Assembly (NCBI GenBank): GCA_951406725.2
Contig: OX597818.1
Coordinates: 88,908,001 to 88,972,000 of the forward strand
DNA: 64,000 nt
Reading direction: 5' to 3'
Source of the DNA: Octopus vulgaris
Lineage: Eukaryota
The position numbers were made by a program, and so were the translations under genes. Shown in pieces: positions 12,540 through 27,698 of the stretch. The notes under the pieces are model-generated. The model ran no database searches, had not been told where the DNA came from, and saw only the letters and a list, made by a program, of their open reading frames with translations. Numbering within the stretch: the first letter of the stretch is position 1; every line of letters starts with the position of its first letter.

Positions 12540-12606
<67 letters not shown>

Positions 12607-12630
12607 ATATATATATATGCATATATATAT

Positions 12631-12689
<59 letters not shown>

Positions 12690-12964
12690 ATATATATATA
12701 TAATGTGTGCATGTATATATGTATGTATCATACAAAGCATCACCTTGTTTCATTTAAGAATGTAATCGATAATTTCGTTAAAAAAATCTAGAAATTGCAA
12801 CGTAATTATTGTACATACACATACACATGCACAGGCATGCGTACATACATAACACATATTTAAAGTCTATGGAGATTATCTACATTTATTCCTATATATG
12901 TATATATATATATACATGTCCATGTGCATTCATACACGCATATACACACAAGCGTGCGCATGTA

Positions 12965-13025
<61 letters not shown>

Positions 13026-13586
13026 CTCTTCCATTTTCATATCATCACATACACATGAGTACGTAAATGCATACATACATACATACATATATACATACAT
13101 ACATACATACATACATACATTCATACGTACGCACATACATACACCGTCTCACGCACACATATATAAATTTAATATGTACTTTAAAACACTTGTTTGTATG
13201 TATATATTTACATACACGTAGATGTGCACGTAGATGTGTTACTGCGTATGTATACATGCATTTATATGTGTGTGTGTCTGTGTATATATATATAAGTATG
13301 AGTGTGTGTATACATGTGTGTGAATTTACATGCATACACCTATGTGTGTGTGTCTGCACGTGTCTGTGTGCGCGTGTGTGTGAGTATGTATATATCTATG
13401 TGTGAGTGTGTGTGAGTATGTGTGTGTATGTGTCCGTGTGAGTATGTATAGATGTATGTGTGTGCTGTTTACGTGAGTGTTTCTGTGTGTATATATATGT
13501 ATATTTGGGTGTGTGTAAATCTATATATATATATATCTATATATATATATCTATCTATATATATATATATTTCTGTGTGTCTGTAA

Positions 13587-13642
<56 letters not shown>

Positions 13643-14444
13643 CTTCTATCTATATATATATATCTATATATATATATATATGCGTGTGTGTGTATATATA
13701 TATATATACATATATATATAAATATGAGTGTCTATATTTACATGCACGCACATTCACCTATATATGTATATGCGCGTGTGTGTGTGAGTATATATGTATG
13801 TGTGTATGTGTATGTGAGTATGCATATATGTATGTGTGTGTGTGCGTGTATGTGTGTTTGTATGTATCATATAATGATTCACTTTGTCTCGTTTTAGAGA
13901 AAGATCGATAATTTCGTTTAAAAAAAATATCTAAAAATTAGAACGTAATTATCGTAAACAAGGAGACACAGGAAAAAGAAATTGCGAAACGCATATTAAA
14001 ATAAATATATATTACTCAAACGCAAGGTGCACTTATGAGAGTGAAGAACGAAAGCTACATATAGTAATGGCGTTGATTTTACGCACAAAGCAGTGCTGCA
14101 GTTATAGTAAAATATAAACGAATCGAAATAAACTTGTTATAGTGTCTCTCTAAAGAAGGGTTTCATATGTATTTATATTAGAATGTATTCTTTAATTTTA
14201 TGTTTTGTTTCTGTTTACGCGTTTTCTTTAATTGCATTTTAATTCCTATAATATGTTTAATACTATATTTTCAAGTGTTCAATTATAACTGCAATCTGAA
14301 TATGCTTGGAGATGTGTTTTCTGCAATTTTCGTGAACTTCTTATATTAAATCGTCGTCGTATTTACAAGGGTTTTAAATCTTAAATTTAGTACCAACGTG
14401 AAGCTTTTACATATGATATTGCGCGCTTTCTCCGCATATATCTC

Positions 14445-14844
14445 TCTTTTACTCTTTTACATGTTTCAGTCATTTGACTGTGGCCATGCTGGAGCACCGC
14501 CTTTAGTCGAGCAAATCGACCTCGGAACTTATTCTTTGTAAGCCCAGTACTTATTCTATCGGTTCTCTTTTGCCGAACCGCTAAGTTACGGGGACGTAAA
14601 CACACCAGCATCGGTTGTCAAGCAATGCTAGGGGGACAAACACAGACACACAAACACATACACACACACATATATATATACATATATACGACAGGCTTCT
14701 TTCAGTTTCCGTCTACCAAATCCACTCACAAGGCATTGGTCGGCCCAGGGCTATAGCAGAAGACACTTGCCCAAGATGCCACGCAGTGGGACTGAACCCG
14801 GAACCATGTGGCTGGTTAGCAAGCTACTACCACACAGCCACTCC
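14445..14844 (-). mobile_element. SINE family B (tRNA head, CORE-like segment, internal TG/TA microsatellite)
   Basis: Reverse complement of the 27885-28290 and 32176-32590 copies. Confidence 0.92.
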
Positions 14845-15000
14845 GAAACTGTCGTGACTTGTGGTACTTCACTGAGGAAAGAAGGCCACGAATGACCCGT
14901 CTTGTTATGCCTGTTCTTCTAATTGTTTCCCCTGTCTGCCTTTGTATCGTCTATCTGTCCGAATGTGTTATTCTCCTCTTTTGCGGTTTTATTCCATTTT
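14845..15000 (+). repeat. Dispersed repeat, homologous to 51505-51675 (inverted)
   Basis: Both translate alike (EERRPRxTxL..P.LLIV....LCIVYLSEC), showing nucleotide homology. Confidence 0.75.
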
Positions 15001-15052
15001 TATATTTACACACACACACACACACACACATATATGTATACATACATACATA

Positions 15053-15088
<36 letters not shown>

Positions 15089-15156
15089 TGATTGTATGTA
15101 TGCATATATATATATACTATGTATACACACTAATACACACATATATATATATATAT

Positions 15157-15365
15157 ATTCTTTTATTCTTTTATTTTTTTCACTGATTTTACTGCTGCCA
15201 TGCTAGAGCACCGCCTTGTAGTCGAACAAATCGACCACAGGACTTATTCTTTGTAAGATTAGTACTTATTCTATCGGACTCTTTTGCCGAACCGCTAAGA
15301 TACGGGGATATAATCACACCAGCATTGGTTGTCAAGCGATTGTGGGTGGACAAGCACAGACACAT
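15157..15365 (-). mobile_element. SINE family B, 3' half
   Basis: gccatgctagagcaccgcc...gacttattctttgtaag...gccgaaccgctaag. Confidence 0.85.
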
Positions 15366-15446
15366 ACATATATACATATATGTATATATATATATATATA
15401 TACTTGTAAATGGACGCGTTGCATTCAATTAAATAATAAATATTAC

Positions 15447-15524
<78 letters not shown>

Positions 15525-15654
15525 ATATAGCCTGCTCGCTTAGCCAGCGGGGTGGCGTCATTCGAAGGCTAAAACAATGCGAACGCATTGTGACCAGCGA
15601 TGTGTAACAACATCTGTTGGTCTGGTCGGTCACGTGACGTGATATATATGCATA

Positions 15655-16150
15655 TATGGGTGCAGGGTGTCACCAACTGTGCAAATAACATGAAATACGT
15701 AAACGATGAGAAAAATGGAAAACAGAACAATTTAACACAGAGAAACGATTCTTCATCAGTTGTCGGCTATCTACTCCTCATTTCAAGCATTCAACGACAA
15801 TATGAGTCTTCAAAGACAGTTGCTCCCATAAATTCTAAAAAATCTTTAGGATTTTTGGAGGGCCAAAGTTGGGAACAAAAATATGACAGTGGAGACATAC
15901 AAGGAAGCTGAATGAAAACAAATATGGAGGGTCTTTGGACCAGAATGAGGGGGAAATATTGAAAGCTGGAAGAAACATTTTTTGAAAAGAGAAAAGATAG
16001 AAGAGTGAAAGAAAAACCTGTCCGTTCGTTTAAATGTCCGTGCAGGAAAAGAAAGATAGTCACGTGAGGAAAAGAAATCTGGACGATGGCCACATGTGAG
16101 CAACGAGAGAAAAGAGAACGAGGGAGAGAGAAAGAGAGAGAGAGAAAATG
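15655..16150. repeat. Dispersed repeat, homologous to 30920-31330
   Basis: Shared gtgcaaataacatgaaat...ttcatcag.tgtcggctatcta...gttgctcccataaattctaaaa...ggagggccaaagttgggaacaaaaa. Confidence 0.85.
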
Positions 16151-16649
16151 GTGAAAGAGGGAGAGGAGACCATCACCATTTATACACTAGCACACGTATA
16201 CACAGTAAAAATATACACTCGCACACGTATACACAATGAAAATAAACCTTATAATAAAAGAAACAACGAGTACTTCTGACATTGTGGTATATTATCCATT
16301 ATGTTTCAAGCACCTACCTCAATTTTGAAGTTTGCAAAAATCATCTCTCATGTCAACATACTGAAATAGTTTTAGTTATCCTAACGAAATTACGACTCAC
16401 ATTAATAGAGATAGTTGTTTAGACACAACATGGATGAACTTTTAAAAGGTTCGTTTTGTAATCACGAAGTCCCATTTTCGATTTCTGTTCGTGAAATTTC
16501 GTGCGGGTGGCCCTAATCATAGCATCAATTCTTTTGAAATACAGTAAACAGAAATTGTTTGAAATGTGGTAAACAGAAATTTTTTAGAATGCCTTCAAAT
16601 TGACGGCACCTGCAGTTCATTGGAACAGTCTTTTCATAGACTCTTATTA

Positions 16650-16880
16650 TATTTCTTTACTGCCCACAAGGGCTACACACAGAGGGGACAAACAATGACA
16701 GACAAAAGGATTAAGTCGATTATGTCGACCCTAGTGCGTAACTGGTACTTAATTTATCGACTCCGAAAGGATGAAAAGCAAAGTGGACCTCGGCAGAATT
16801 TGAACTCAGAACATAGCGGCAGATGAAATACCGCTAAGTATTTCGCCTGGCGTGCTAATCTTTCTGCTAGCTCACCGCCT
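16650..16880 (-). mobile_element. SINE family C, full length
   Basis: Closely matches 61685-61917. Confidence 0.9.
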
Positions 16881-17431
16881 TTTTTCATAGACTCCTATGT
16901 TGATTTTTGTGAATGTATGTATGTATAAGTATGTATGTTGGTATATAACTATGTATGTGCGTTGTAACAAATGTGTGTAAGTCTATATGTATGCAAGTAA
17001 AACACATGCACTGAGTTTGTGCGGTCGATAATGTTTATAAAACTAGCGCTGCTTTGAATACATAATTGAATTTAATCTTACAAGTGTATCGTCGTGGCGC
17101 ACTCACAAATTGTTTCTACACTATTTGTATATATTCATAGACTGGCAATTCTGTTCCATTTCTGTTTGATTCATGTACGTGAGATTATTAAACCACAAAC
17201 ACAATAGTGAAATATCGGTATCCATCGCTCCGGAATGGGATTGGGGGCGAGTTGTCTCACCTCTCTGTGACTTTCCAGTGTTTTAACACTCAGTGCTATC
17301 AGGGAATCGTCTCCTAGGACCTATCCCACAGTGAACCGGCGAACATGCAAAACACATACATTGAGTATATGCGATCGAAAATGCTTACAACACCGCTGCT
17401 TTTAATTCGTAAATAGGTAAATAAATACAGA

Positions 17432-17433
17432 TC

Positions 17434-17478
<45 letters not shown>

Positions 17479-17585
17479 GTAGGTAGGTAGGTAGGTAGGT
17501 AGGTAGGTAGGTAGGTAGGTAGGTAGGTAGGTAGGTAGGTAGGTAGGTAGATAGGAAGGTAGGTAGGCAGATAGGTAGATAGATT
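17432..17585. repeat. (GATA)n-(GGTA)n compound tetranucleotide array
   Basis: Directly visible. Confidence 0.95.
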
Positions 17586-17646
17586 TATAAATATATTCAG
17601 ATTTATTATATATGTATATATATATGCATATATATATATTTAGATT

Positions 17647-17692
<46 letters not shown>

Positions 17693-18254
17693 ATATATAT
17701 ATATATATTTATATACAGATATATATATATTCATTGTTAATGTCTTATTAGAGTAGGAACAATTAAGCATAACTTAGCAACTCCATATGGAAACCATATG
17801 AATTATTGAGAAAACTTTTTTTTACTTACCTAGTTAATCAGATCATATCATAAAAAAATCCATAGAGTAATATAATATAATATTTCAAAAGATTTATTTA
17901 AATAACTGCAGTACAAATGTTTCCATAATAGATGTTTATATAATAATATCTATCATTTCATCGGCAATTGAGGTCTAAATGAATGTGTAACATGTAGAAA
18001 AATATAGCCTATATTTTCCCTCATTTTAAACATTATTTAGATTTCAATTGCTGATTTATTATATAAATATCTATTGTGGAAACATATGTACAGTAGTTAT
18101 TTAAATAAACCTTTTTTAAAATATTATATTATATTATATATGTACATATATGAATATATATATATATATATTTATATGCACATATATGCACATATATGCA
18201 CATACATATATACATATTCATATTCATATATATATATACATACATATATATTTG

Positions 18255-18286
<32 letters not shown>

Positions 18287-18365
18287 TACATACCCATATA
18301 TACATATATATATACATATACATGTATATATATATATATACATGTTTACACATACACACACACAC

Positions 18366-18434
<69 letters not shown>

Positions 18435-18437
18435 AGA

Positions 18438-18473
<36 letters not shown>

Positions 18474-18507
18474 GGCAGACAGACAGACAGACAGAAGACA
18501 GACAGAC

Positions 18508-18604
<97 letters not shown>

Positions 18605-19164
18605 TGCCCATTATAAATGTATACATATATATATATATGATTCGTATGGTTGCTGAATTTAGAGATAATAAATGGGCATGCATATATATTCTGTGAATCG
18701 CCCGAAAATGAATGAATCGAGGGATGGAATGGTCACAAGTCTTAAAGAATTCAGGAATTCATAAAATACATTCAATCGATTGAAGCTGTTCAGTGTTGTA
18801 AAAAATTTATTAAAAAAACATACAATACCTCAAGCTGGCAAACGTGCTACGACTGCAAAATATGATTTCAAAGAGAATTTTCAATAATTCAAAATAACTT
18901 ATTTTGACATTTATCTGCTTTTTCCGCCATTAACACGTTCGTTCATATCGACCTTACGTAATTGTTGCGGTAATATATTCTGTTGAAGTACTACCGTTAC
19001 GGTACGAAACTGAAGCTAACCAAGTAATCTTCTATGTAGTCAACCAGCCTGTCAGAAAGTATAGTCAATTCTCCCTCAAATCTATCATTGTTTTCAAAGA
19101 AAGAAAAAAGAAACTGAGTTATGTTATTTAACGTAGTTCGAGAGATGGACAAAAGCTTCATGTA

Positions 19165-19289
<125 letters not shown>

Positions 19290-19311
19290 CATATATATAT
19301 GTATGTATGTA

Positions 19312-19348
<37 letters not shown>

Positions 19349-19514
19349 CTATATCTCTATATATCTATACGTCTATGTATTTGTTTACGTGTGTATGTAT
19401 GTATCTATTTATCTATCTATCAATCTATCTATCCATCCATCCATCCATTCATCCACCCATCAATCCATCCATCCATCCATCCATCTGTCTACCTATCCAT
19501 CCATCCATCCATCC

Positions 19515-19576
<62 letters not shown>

Positions 19577-20082
19577 GAATCTATTCTATGTATGCTTGTA
19601 AATCTGTATGTATTGTTCATGTATGTACATGTTTATCAATATATGACTCTATCTATGCATGCATGTAAACCTGAATGCATACCTGAATGCTTGCTTGCAT
19701 GTATGCATACATGCATGTATTTATGCATACATGCGTCGATGTAAGCCTTTGAACATCGATCGTTTCAATCAAGGCTATCCTCTGGCGAAATAACGACTAC
19801 CACTGAAACATCACGTAAAAATAGTCTTGTTAAAGCACTGGAATCCCTTGCAGACCATGGTCATCGAGATCTTTACTTCATTGATCTAAACCTACGTATA
19901 CAGTACACGTGTGATAGCAAAATCCTCCATGGACAATCACCTCACATGGAAATCGAAAGCAATTCTCATCACAGTGTATTAACTTATCCTCATCTTTGAT
20001 TCGCAAACCTTAATCACAATCTAAATCACGCCCTAAAGATATCAGAAACCCTAACACCTAACCTTCAAATTTACAAAGTGTA

Positions 20083-20410
20083 AAGACCTTCGGTCATGAA
20101 TGATCATGAAATTGCACCTAGAAAGTTACCCTACCAGGCACAAATCCGAGCAAGGTTGTTTATGGAAGACCAGCAGTTACCCATGCATACCACTATCACC
20201 CTCTCCATGCCACAAGTGTTATCCAAGGGAAAGGCAAAAGCCGATACAGATTGGCACCAGTGACATTGCAACACATTTCTACAGCTGAGTGAAATGGAGC
20301 AACGTGAAATAAAGTGTCTTGCACAAGAACACAACATAGAGTCTGGTCCGGGAATCGAACTGACTACTTCATGATTGTGAGCCCAACTCTCTAACCACCA
20401 AGCGTTATGC
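20083..20410 (-). mobile_element. SINE family D (tRNA head)
   Basis: Homologous to 38990-39292; head is the reverse complement of ccgggaatcgaac...ctctaaccac. Confidence 0.88.
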
Positions 20411-20414
20411 AACT

Positions 20415-20835
20415 ATAACCTAATCCTGATTTACATCCATACCTACCCTAAATCTATTCCTAATCCTAAAACTAACCCGATTTTAAATCTGACCCAAAAC
20501 CTACATTCAACCTTTATACTTAGCCTAACCCTAGCAATAATCTTAAATTGAGAACTGAAGTTTCTTGTTATCCTAAAGGTAAAGCTAACCATAACTCTAA
20601 ACCTGAAAGTATATCTAACCCAAAATTTCACCATATTCTTCACATTTATCCTGACATTAATCCTTACTCTAAGTGTAATCTCAATTAAAATACTAATATT
20701 AATATTAACCTTAATACTAACATTAACTCAAACCCTAATCATTAGCTTAGCACTAAGTTTATTACGAATCCTAACCCTGATCCCTGACCTTTACAGAAAC
20801 CCCAAGAATGAGTATAACTATAACCCTAACATTCA
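20415..20835 (+). repeat. Degenerate (TAACCC)-like hexamer tract
   Basis: cctaaccctag, taacccg, aaccctaatc, cctaaccctg and taaccctaac recur with about 6-bp periodicity; a similar tract lies at about 20005-20070. Confidence 0.6.
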
Positions 20836-20949
20836 CACGAAATCTAGCATTAATGCAAACTCAAACACTCTTGGAGATGTTCACCATCCAAAGATTCTTG
20901 AATTATTACCCGTAACTAAGGTAGCGTTGATAGTAAGTACATGTCACAT

Positions 20950-21760
20950 GTACAAATGGCTAACAATTCTGTACTTACAAATAGAATAGAGTCTTATAAA
21001 AATAAATCTCTTCCTTTATTAAAGGGGATATGTTCCAAAGGGACTCTTTATCTTCTCTCCTTTTCTCCCTGGCGTTAATATCTTTAGCCAACACGTTAAA
21101 CCTGACTGAACTCAAATGCAAATGCTTTGAAATAACAATCAATTACGTTTTCTATATGGACTTCCTCCAGCTACTACGTTGAAGATGACAACTGGAGATC
21201 GATAAAGACAAGGAATAAATCTCCAAAGGAGCTGAACTGAAATTCGCTTTCGTAAAACAAGTTAAAGAAATCCTTAAGAAAGGAGAATTAATAAACTATA
21301 CCTATATCGTGCTTGATAAAGAAACAGAGACGAGAGAAGTAGATAAAACATAGTTAGATGTTTTGGTTTTAAGGAATTAGACAGAGTACAATAATGAAAA
21401 TTTAAGCAACGGTAAAACTGACGCCTTAGAATAGAGTGAACTAGATAAAACCTAGGTAATAGTCATCAATATTTTGGTAATTCCAGTATTAAGTTACAGC
21501 TATAGTCATATTCTGAACTGGAACATAAAGCAATTAACCTAGGCAAAGATACAGGGGAAAAGATGACTGCATCAAAAACCAGTATAAAATATATACTTAC
21601 AACGAATATAGGGAGTTAGAGGCCTTCTTCAATTAGAAAATTATTAGAAAATACTGTAAGGCTACAGAAATATTTGGTTAAACTAGGGTTTATAATGCAA
21701 AATGGTTACTAATATAAATAAAACAATAAACTGCTTTCTGTTTTAGCTCGCTGTTGTGAG
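20950..21760 (+). mobile_element. Highly decayed R4/Dong-clade RT fragment
   Basis: MFQRDSLSSLLFSLAL (about 21030), FYMD (about 21150), INILVIPVLSYS (about 21465), RGLLQLE (about 21618). Confidence 0.7.
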
Positions 21761-22273
21761 TAGAATAGAAAACATTAGCGTAATGGCTAATGTGAACATG
21801 GGGTTTTAGAATGTTATAGTAAGAACTTCGAAGAAAAACCCACAGTAAAAACTATATCAATAAAAAATCCAACGAAGAGCTGTTGTTATCATATAACTGT
21901 ACAACTATATTTAAACTGCTTGTGTACATTTGGGGATGGAAAGAATACCCTTCGAAATTGTTTCCTTTTGGATAACTTGTGTGAAAAACGCGCCAATCGG
22001 TTATGAATGACGCCACTGAAGTGCAGAAAGCATGCATTTGTATGTCGTCAGAGACATACTGAGACATGGTTCATAATTACTAAATAATAGTTGTCCTTAA
22101 ATTAGAACAGCAAATGGTACGTTTGCTGATGTGTGCAACGCTTTGTAAAGCTAGAATTAATAAGCGTCGCACTAAGCAGCATTCAATGAAATACAATTTT
22201 GTACAACCATTTAGACAAAGGCTTTCTAACTTTTTATAGTGGCTCCGAACAACTTGGTACTCGTAGCTGAGTA

Positions 22274-22500
22274 GAAGCGCGTGGCTTAGTGGTTAGAGCG
22301 TTCGACTTACGTTCGTAAGATTGCGGTTTCGATTCTTGGACCGGATGACGCGTTATGTTCTTGAGCAAAACACTTCACTTCACGCTACTCCAATCCACTC
22401 AGCTGGCAAAAATGAGTAATCCCGCGACAGCCCGGCATCTCGTCTAAACAGGGAAACTGACCATTATGAGTCGGTATGACTCGAAAAGGTATCTTTACTT
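22274..22500 (+). mobile_element. tRNA-derived SINE (D-like head, different tail)
   Basis: gcgcgtggcttagtggttagagcg...ggtttcgattc...ttcttgagcaaaacacttcacttcacg. Confidence 0.8.
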
Positions 22501-22845
22501 TTACCTGAATTGTCCGTAGCTGACGACATGCAACGATGCAGAAATGCATGCGTCCTAAGGTCCGATGACGTCATTCATAACTTAATACTGTGTTTTTCAC
22601 ACATATTATTTAAAAAGATAAATTTTACTCTCGAAACAATTTCTGCGGTGTATATATGTTAAGTCTGGTTTCACACACCTATATTTCATTGAACGCTGCT
22701 TAGTGTACCTGTAATTAACATAGTCGTCATAGAATTTAAACGTTCTTCAAAGAGTTAAGATATGTCGTCAACAATACAGTGTTTATAGATTATTTTAGCT
22801 CTTGTGTTGGACAGATCAAACTATTACTTTGAACCTCCTACACAT

Positions 22846-23170
22846 ATACTCTTTTACTCTTTTACTTGTTTCAGTCATTTGACTGTGGCCATGCTGGAGC
22901 ACCACCTTTAGTCGAGGAAATCGACCCCAGGACTTATTCTTTGTAAGCCTAGTACTTATTCTATCGGTCTTTTTTGCCGAACCGCAAAGTTACAGGGACG
23001 TAAACACACCAGCATCAGTTGTCAAGCGATGTTGGGAGAGGGTAAACTCAGACACACACACATATATATATACACATATACGGCGGACTTCTTTCAGTTT
23101 CTGTCTACCAAATCCACTCACAAGGCTTTTGTCGGCCCGAGGCTATAGTAGAAGGCCCAAGGTGCCACGT
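22846..23170 (-). mobile_element. SINE family B, 5'-truncated
   Basis: Closely similar to 14445-14780. Confidence 0.9.
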
Positions 23171-23749
23171 GGTTTCTACTTAAATCGACTAAGAGCTAAA
23201 AAGTAAAATTTGAATGTGTCTTGCTCAACCACTAGAGCGAATGGAACTTTCTAGGCCACCATTTTAAAGACGATAAGTAATATTTTAATAGAGATTTGAC
23301 TGTCTTTTTGACAAGTCCAACGATTATGAGAGCACTTCTTTGTCGATTCATGTAGAACCTACTTTAAAAACAGTAAGAACTTCGAAAAATATTTGTTAAT
23401 TATAGTGAAGAGGCCAAAAGAACCAGGGTTAGGTCTTCAGTATATCGCAATATATAGGAACCTATGTTTTTCAAACTACTTACTTACATAGAAGATTGTT
23501 CCGGTATGAAATATCTCAGATATTTGGACTGACTTGTAAGTGATGTCTTCACATGAGTCACGATAAATAGTCTCAATTCTCTTGAGATAATGGCTCAACA
23601 GGTCCCCACTTCTGTTGTCTCCAGCGTAATGGAAATTTCATGCTAAAATCTCGTTAGACCACATACTGTGACCATTTAGGTTTCTATTCCAACACCGCAA
23701 TTTATATTGCCATCTTATGGCTGACATTTTGTTATTATTAAGTAGTTGC

Positions 23750-23750
23750 A

Positions 23751-23832
<82 letters not shown>

Positions 23833-24137
23833 TTATTATTGTGCTTGTTGTTGTTGTCTATTGCTGCTGCTGCTGCTACTACTACTACTTTCTCTCTTTC
23901 GTTTTCGTCTCCTCCTCCCCCTTCCTTTTTGTCTTTTCCTCCGTTTTCTCTTCTTTATCTTCATCTTCCCTTTCGTCATCGTCGTCGTCGTCGTCATCAT
24001 CATCATCATCATCATCAACATCATCGTCAACATCACCTTTCTTTACAGTTATGTTTTTTTATTTATTTTTTTCCTTTACTATTGCGACAATCCTTGCTTG
24101 TATATTTGGTATTGTTGTTGTCACTATTACAGATAGC

Positions 24138-24219
<82 letters not shown>

Positions 24220-24888
24220 CCTGTTGACACAGCGCCGACATGACAACAGTTGAACGATTTTTAGCAAGCGAAAGACCAGAGGCCATTATTGAATGCTGAG
24301 AGCACCACTTACAACGCATACACCAACCCACCCTACTCTCTCCAACAACACCAAGGCACTCCATCCACGCAGCCTACTAACAGGAACACCTCCACTGGAT
24401 CACTGACAGACAGAACCTACATGATCACTTGACACTGTAGAAATAGCAGCCAATTACCCTCAGCTTTCATCCTACCGTTTTGAAAAAGAACACGTTGGTA
24501 AATGTCTCTCTGCTCTTCCTTACATATAAGAAAAGAGTGAGATGGGATGGGATGGAATGGGATGGTCACCTTCGGAATACATTTTTATTATAGGTCTTCT
24601 TAATACGGGCTGACTTGGAATTAAAGAACTATAGCAACAAATCCACAGACAGCACCACCACCAACAACAATAGCAATAACAACGACGTAGTATATTCAAA
24701 GACGCCATCACCGCCACCACTACCATTACAACCACCACCACCACCACCACCACCATAAACATTGCTAGTTCTAGTGTCACCATTATCATAACCATCACAT
24801 TCATCCCCTCCCTACAAATAGCAGGAACATTATCATGAACAATTCTTCAACTGACGATAATACTATCACCCAACACCACCACCACAAC

Positions 24889-24948
<60 letters not shown>

Positions 24949-24980
24949 CCACCACCACCACCACCACCACACCCAGTACT

Positions 24981-25028
<48 letters not shown>

Positions 25029-25037
25029 GTCATCATC

Positions 25038-25070
<33 letters not shown>

Positions 25071-25442
25071 GCCATCACCAACACAACCGGAACTTCGAGT
25101 CTACAAATAGGGGTATCGGTGTAATTGCTTGACCTGCGAGAAATAACAGCTAATTCATTCTCAAAACTGTTCCTACGAATGGACATATTGCATAATGTGG
25201 CCTTGGGCTCTACGTGCATACAAAAAATAATGAGATCGCCACGACTGGGCCGCCTTTAGTTATAAGTCGTCCGTTTTTCTGATTACAGTTGACCTGCGGT
25301 TAAGAACTAGATCTACTACTACTACTACTACTACTGATGCTTTTGCTATTGTTGCTGCTGCTGCTGCTACTACTACTGCTACTGATGCTGCTACAACAGC
25401 AACAGTAACAACAACAGCAACAACTACTACTACTACTACTAC

Positions 25443-25477
<35 letters not shown>

Positions 25478-25559
25478 TAATAATAATAATAATAATAATA
25501 AAAATATTAATAATAATAATAATGATAATAATAATAATAGCAAAAAGAACAACAACAAC

Positions 25560-25602
<43 letters not shown>

Positions 25603-26045
25603 TAGCAACATTCCCGTATTACCAATTACACACCACCACTAACTCTATCACCACCAACACCACCATCACCCGGCTAACAGCACCGTCACAACCACCACCA
25701 CCATTACTACCGCCACTACCACCGCTACCATCTATCATGAGCACTTCTACCATCACTACTATCATCACTATTGCTACCACCAGCCTCAGTATCAACATCA
25801 CCACCACTAACACCACCACAACCCTAACACCACCACCATCAACGTTTACACCGCCACCAGCACTTACATCATTACCAGCAACAATAATTGTACAAACATC
25901 TACTCTGCGACCATCACCACCATCACTACTACTAACAGCACCACCATCACTACCACTACCACTACCACCATCAACGTCATACTATCATCACCGTCACACC
26001 ACCACTTTCAACACTTCCACTACAGCCACCACCACCACCGCCTGA
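23750..26045. repeat. Cluster of trinucleotide arrays (TTA, TAG, TTG, CAT, CAC, TAA) with short spacers
   Basis: Directly visible; source of the poly-L/S/C/H/P/I pseudo-ORFs. Confidence 0.9.
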
Positions 26046-26520
26046 ACCATCCTTGCCGCCACTACATCTAAGTATGAGGTCCGCAGTAATTAATGGGTCT
26101 TATTAAAAATAAAGGAAAAAAGCTTTATTGCCTACATCCTGCTGACATGGAGAATATGAAGACGTTTACAATAATATATCTAATGGTCTTGGAATCCTGG
26201 AGAGATGGAATTCATTATTGAAAAAAGGTTGGTGGAGCGGTGTACGAGAGGAACGGCGGGGAGCGTTAATGTAAATGTAGACTACACTCCCCTTCCACTC
26301 TTGCAACACATATGTACATGTATGTATGCATATGTGTACAAGAAAGTCACACTCACATATATACGTATATATGCATACATACATACATACAAACATGTAC
26401 ATATGTGTGTGTATGTTATTTTTAATCGGCAAAAGTCAACGTATGCAAGAATATATATGAGTGTGTATGCATGAGTGCGTGTGTATATGAATATATATAT
26501 GTATATGTATGTATATATAC

Positions 26521-26571
<51 letters not shown>

Positions 26572-26713
26572 GCATACATATATATATATATAATCTTTGT
26601 GTGTGTGCGTCTGCGTGTGTGTCTGTCTGCGAGTGTGAGTGTGTGTCTTTCTGCGAGTGTGTGTGTGTCTGCATGTGTGTGTGTCTGCGTGTGTCTGTGT
26701 GTGTGTGTGTGTA

Positions 26714-26745
<32 letters not shown>

Positions 26746-26829
26746 CATGCCAAGTCGGTTTCGTCGAAACTTCGAAGTCACAGCAACTCTGTATTTCTTT
26801 CTTAGACTGTTTTCATGTTTTAAGTCACC

Positions 26830-26913
<84 letters not shown>

Positions 26914-27698
26914 TACACACGCACGCACACAAACACATCGTATATTGTTTTCAATTAATATTGCTAGCTGTTTACAATTTTCTTTAAAAACACCAACATC
27001 ATATGTGTGTATGCGTGTGTAGCTGTTTCTAAGAGTGTGCGTATGTGTATGTGAGAGTGCACACGTATGTGAAATAAGGTCATTAGTTTACAGATAATTT
27101 AAGAATAACAACGAGACATTTAATGATGGAGTGACTCAGTGCCGAAAATAGTGAACTCGAATCTTATGTGTGTTTGTGTGTGTGTGTATGTGTGTGTTTG
27201 TAATGCATACACGATATAAAGCAAAAAGTATATGAGAGAACACACGTATGAGAAATACATAAACAACGCAAATTAAATCCATAATGATTATAGTGTATAT
27301 AAAACAGCATTATCTCTAACAAACTTACAGTAATAATAAAAGTACTAGTACAAAAATCACTAGCATTAAGAACCATTTTCTCAATAACAAACCACAGCTT
27401 GTACGTCCGCAGGCAAGCTAATAGTACATGTTATAGTTTCGAATGTAAATGTGGAAGTTATAAACTTCACGACTTCAACTGATGTATTTATCATACAAGC
27501 TAAATACTCACAACAGGAGAAATTGAAATGCGCTATATCACATACAGCAAAGCTATATGGAAAAGTATTTGTGGACAACATATCTGTAATCTACTGTTAT
27601 CATTTCTAAAAGTTTATACGAGTACATAAAAAAAACAGTATTTTGTTTTTGCATTTGGCTTGCAAGATTCTTTATGTGAATTCTTGTGTTGAAGCATA

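Noticed and set aside
15760-15830. CTGATGA and GAAA on the minus strand (also 31045-31130) as a hammerhead
   Set aside because: Boxes are in the wrong arrangement; the GAAA falls inside a simple hairpin and no stem II closes the core
17262-17320. Minus-strand exon (GDDSLIALSVKTLESHRE then GTGAGA)
   Set aside because: No convincing pyrimidine tract and no recognisable peptide
18979-19020. CTGTTGAA-GTAC...GTAC-GAAAC hammerhead-like string
   Set aside because: No stem I and no proper stem III or NUH site
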